Below are positions 62,726-64,000 of a DNA stretch of 64,000 bases, one piece after another. The translations under genes were made by a program, and so were the position numbers. Source of the DNA: Nitrospinales bacterium (GTDB lineage: Bacteria > Nitrospinota > Nitrospinia > Nitrospinales > VA-1). Positions within the stretch are counted from its first letter, which is position 1; each line of letters starts with the position of its first letter. The stretch is from contig OZ253582.1 in assembly GCA_965263085.1 (NCBI GenBank), positions 1,848,385 through 1,912,384 on the forward strand. The letters run 5' to 3'. The notes under the pieces are model-generated. The model saw nothing but the letters and a program-made list of their open reading frames with translations, searched no databases and was not told where the DNA came from.

Positions 62726-64000
62726 TCACCCAAATGCTTCGTAAGGCAAACCGCAAAATGTGATCCCCATTTCCGTCAATTCTTTTTGCCCGATAAACTT
62801 GTGGGTGGCAAACACTACTGCGGTTTTCTTTTTTGTCTTCGCCTGTTTGGCGATATGTTCGGCGCGGATGCTGTTCAGGGCAGAACCCGTGCTACGCAGA
62901 AAATCAAGGTTCGGCTCGTAGATCAGGTAGAATATTCTGTCAGCGGCTTCATAAAAGAAGCTGTCTTTGCCTCTGCGGATTTTGTCCGGCGATTGTCCGG
63001 TTGCCGTATAGACCAGATGACGGGCTAATGTTTCATAGTCCGGCAGGTTCTTTCCCGTGAGCATATTTTCAATGCTCATTTCATCGCCCAATGCACACCA
63101 GGTAAAACTGCCACCCAGTCCGTTTTTCAGATTTTCGTCTTTTGCTTTTGGCACGCCCTTTATCACGCGGCGAACACGCTCGGCGGTGATTTTGTCGGCA
63201 TAGTCTTCACATTCTACCAAGATAAATTTGCGATTGCCGCCGTCTTCTTTGTTCAGCGCAAGAACGGCATGGGCAGTGGTGCCAGAACCAGCAAAGGAGT
63301 CGAGGATTATGGCGTTTTTATCTGCCGCTATGGTTAATATTCTCTGCAACAATCCCAACGCTTTCGGGTTATCGAAGGGTAGCTGTTGGTCGCTGAAAAT
63401 CTCCTTCAAGAGTTTGCGGGCACCATCCGTGTGGCCCACCTCATCATAAGTCCAGACGGTCAGAGGAACTATTCCCTGTTGCACTTCTTGAAGATACCTT
63501 TTCAACTGTGGTGCGCCTTTGCCGTTGTGTCCGAAGAACACGCGGGTTTCCTTCAGCCACACCTGCATTTGTTTTTTGCTTGTTCTCCAACACGTTCCCT
63601 GTGGCGGATTGTATTCTTTGCCGGTTTTGGGATTTACGATTGGATAATCATATTCAGGCGAGTAAGACTTGACGGTCAGATTGTCGGTACGCCAAAGCCC
63701 TTTGCCATCCTTGTCGTCATACTTATAGAGCCTGTCCTGTTTTTCGGTGCGCGGTAAAAGCCGCCGCTCCCAGGTTGCTTTATCCGTGCCGTTAGCGCGG
63801 GTTTTCGCATAACACAGAACAAAATCGTGATTGTCGGAAAAATACTTTGTGTCATTGGCAGGTGCATATTTCTTTTGCCAAACGATATTGGCTACAAAAT
63901 TCTCTTCCCCAAAAATCTCATCCATCATCATTCGCAGGCGGTGCTGTTCATTGTCGTCAATGGAAATAAAAATCACGCCGTCCTCGGCCAGCAGTTCTCT
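62726..64000 (-). CDS. mod: Type III-like Mod DNA methyltransferase (N6/N4 family), 5-prime end outside the window
   Basis: The frame is open to the window edge (…RELLAEDGVIFISIDDNEQHRLRMMMDEIFGEENF...). The AdoMet motif SFAGSGTTAHAV lies in the C-terminal part. The DPPY motif would be upstream and is not visible. Confidence 0.8.
   Translation of the reverse strand, partial: RELLAEDGVIFISIDDNEQHRLRMMMDEIFGEENFVANIVWQKKYAPANDTKYFSDNHDFVLCYAKTRANGTDKATWERRLLPRTEKQDRLYKYDDKDGKGLWRTDNLTVKSYSPEYDYPIVNPKTGKEYNPPQGTCWRTSKKQMQVWLKETRVFFGHNGKGAPQLKRYLQEVQQGIVPLTVWTYDEVGHTDGARKLLKEIFSDQQLPFDNPKALGLLQRILTIAADKNAIILDSFAGSGTTAHAVLALNKEDGGNRKFILVECEDYADKITAERVRRVIKGVPKAKDENLKNGLGGSFTWCALGDEMSIENMLTGKNLPDYETLARHLVYTATGQSPDKIRRGKDSFFYEAADRIFYLIYEPNLDFLRSTGSALNSIRAEHIAKQAKTKKKTAVVFATHKFIGQKELTEMGITFCGLPYEAFG

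Noticed and set aside
62711-63757. Plus-strand ORFs of 73-123 aa inside the mod gene
   Set aside because: They are antisense to a methyltransferase ORF with clear motifs, and their translations are low-complexity.

Overview
This is a 64-kb bacterial chromosomal window, analysed by eye only with no BLAST or HMM runs; the taxon cannot be determined. It falls into three sectors.

(i) 1-11.8 kb is a visibly AT-rich accessory island. Spot counts of single 60-nt lines gave about 20-38% G+C here, against about 47-58% further right. It holds the end of a DNA-phosphorothioation operon (tail of a dndC-position ORF, dndD, dndE). Facing it is a convergent, translationally coupled five-gene cassette: a multi-HTH 799-aa protein, a PLD-nuclease/SF2-helicase fusion, an untracked 59-aa ORF, a DndD-like SMC/ABC ATPase and a 153-aa partner. 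A frameshifted HIT gene, a pentapeptide-repeat membrane protein and an aberrant tRNA-Lys(CUU)-like gene at the compositional boundary follow.

(ii) 12-56 kb is mostly core metabolism:
- a NERD-UvrD helicase
- urease ureDABCEFG
- a sigma54-type promoter, a porin and urea ABC transporter urtABCDE
- a DedA-flavoprotein fusion and a Rieske-GltS-like protein
- CbiX
- a tightly packed lipid operon (desaturase, serine-palmitoyltransferase-like enzyme, GNAT, SDR, CDP-alcohol phosphatidyltransferase)
- ArsM, a very long pentapeptide protein and a DCC-LMF fusion
- a sensor-less sigma54 activator
- AroD/E, rhodanese, an SLC13 permease and LeuCD-type dehydratase
- an FGE-family protein and an LRR protein

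(iii) 56.4-64 kb is a second accessory patch around tRNA-Phe. It contains a Zn-ribbon/GIY-YIG/TM protein, a secreted Cys-module protein, and a type III-like res and mod pair separated by a decayed lipase gene.

I saw no CRISPR array, rRNA, integrase, transposase or IS ends. The best candidate for an undescribed system is the dnd-linked cassette at 2432-9587.
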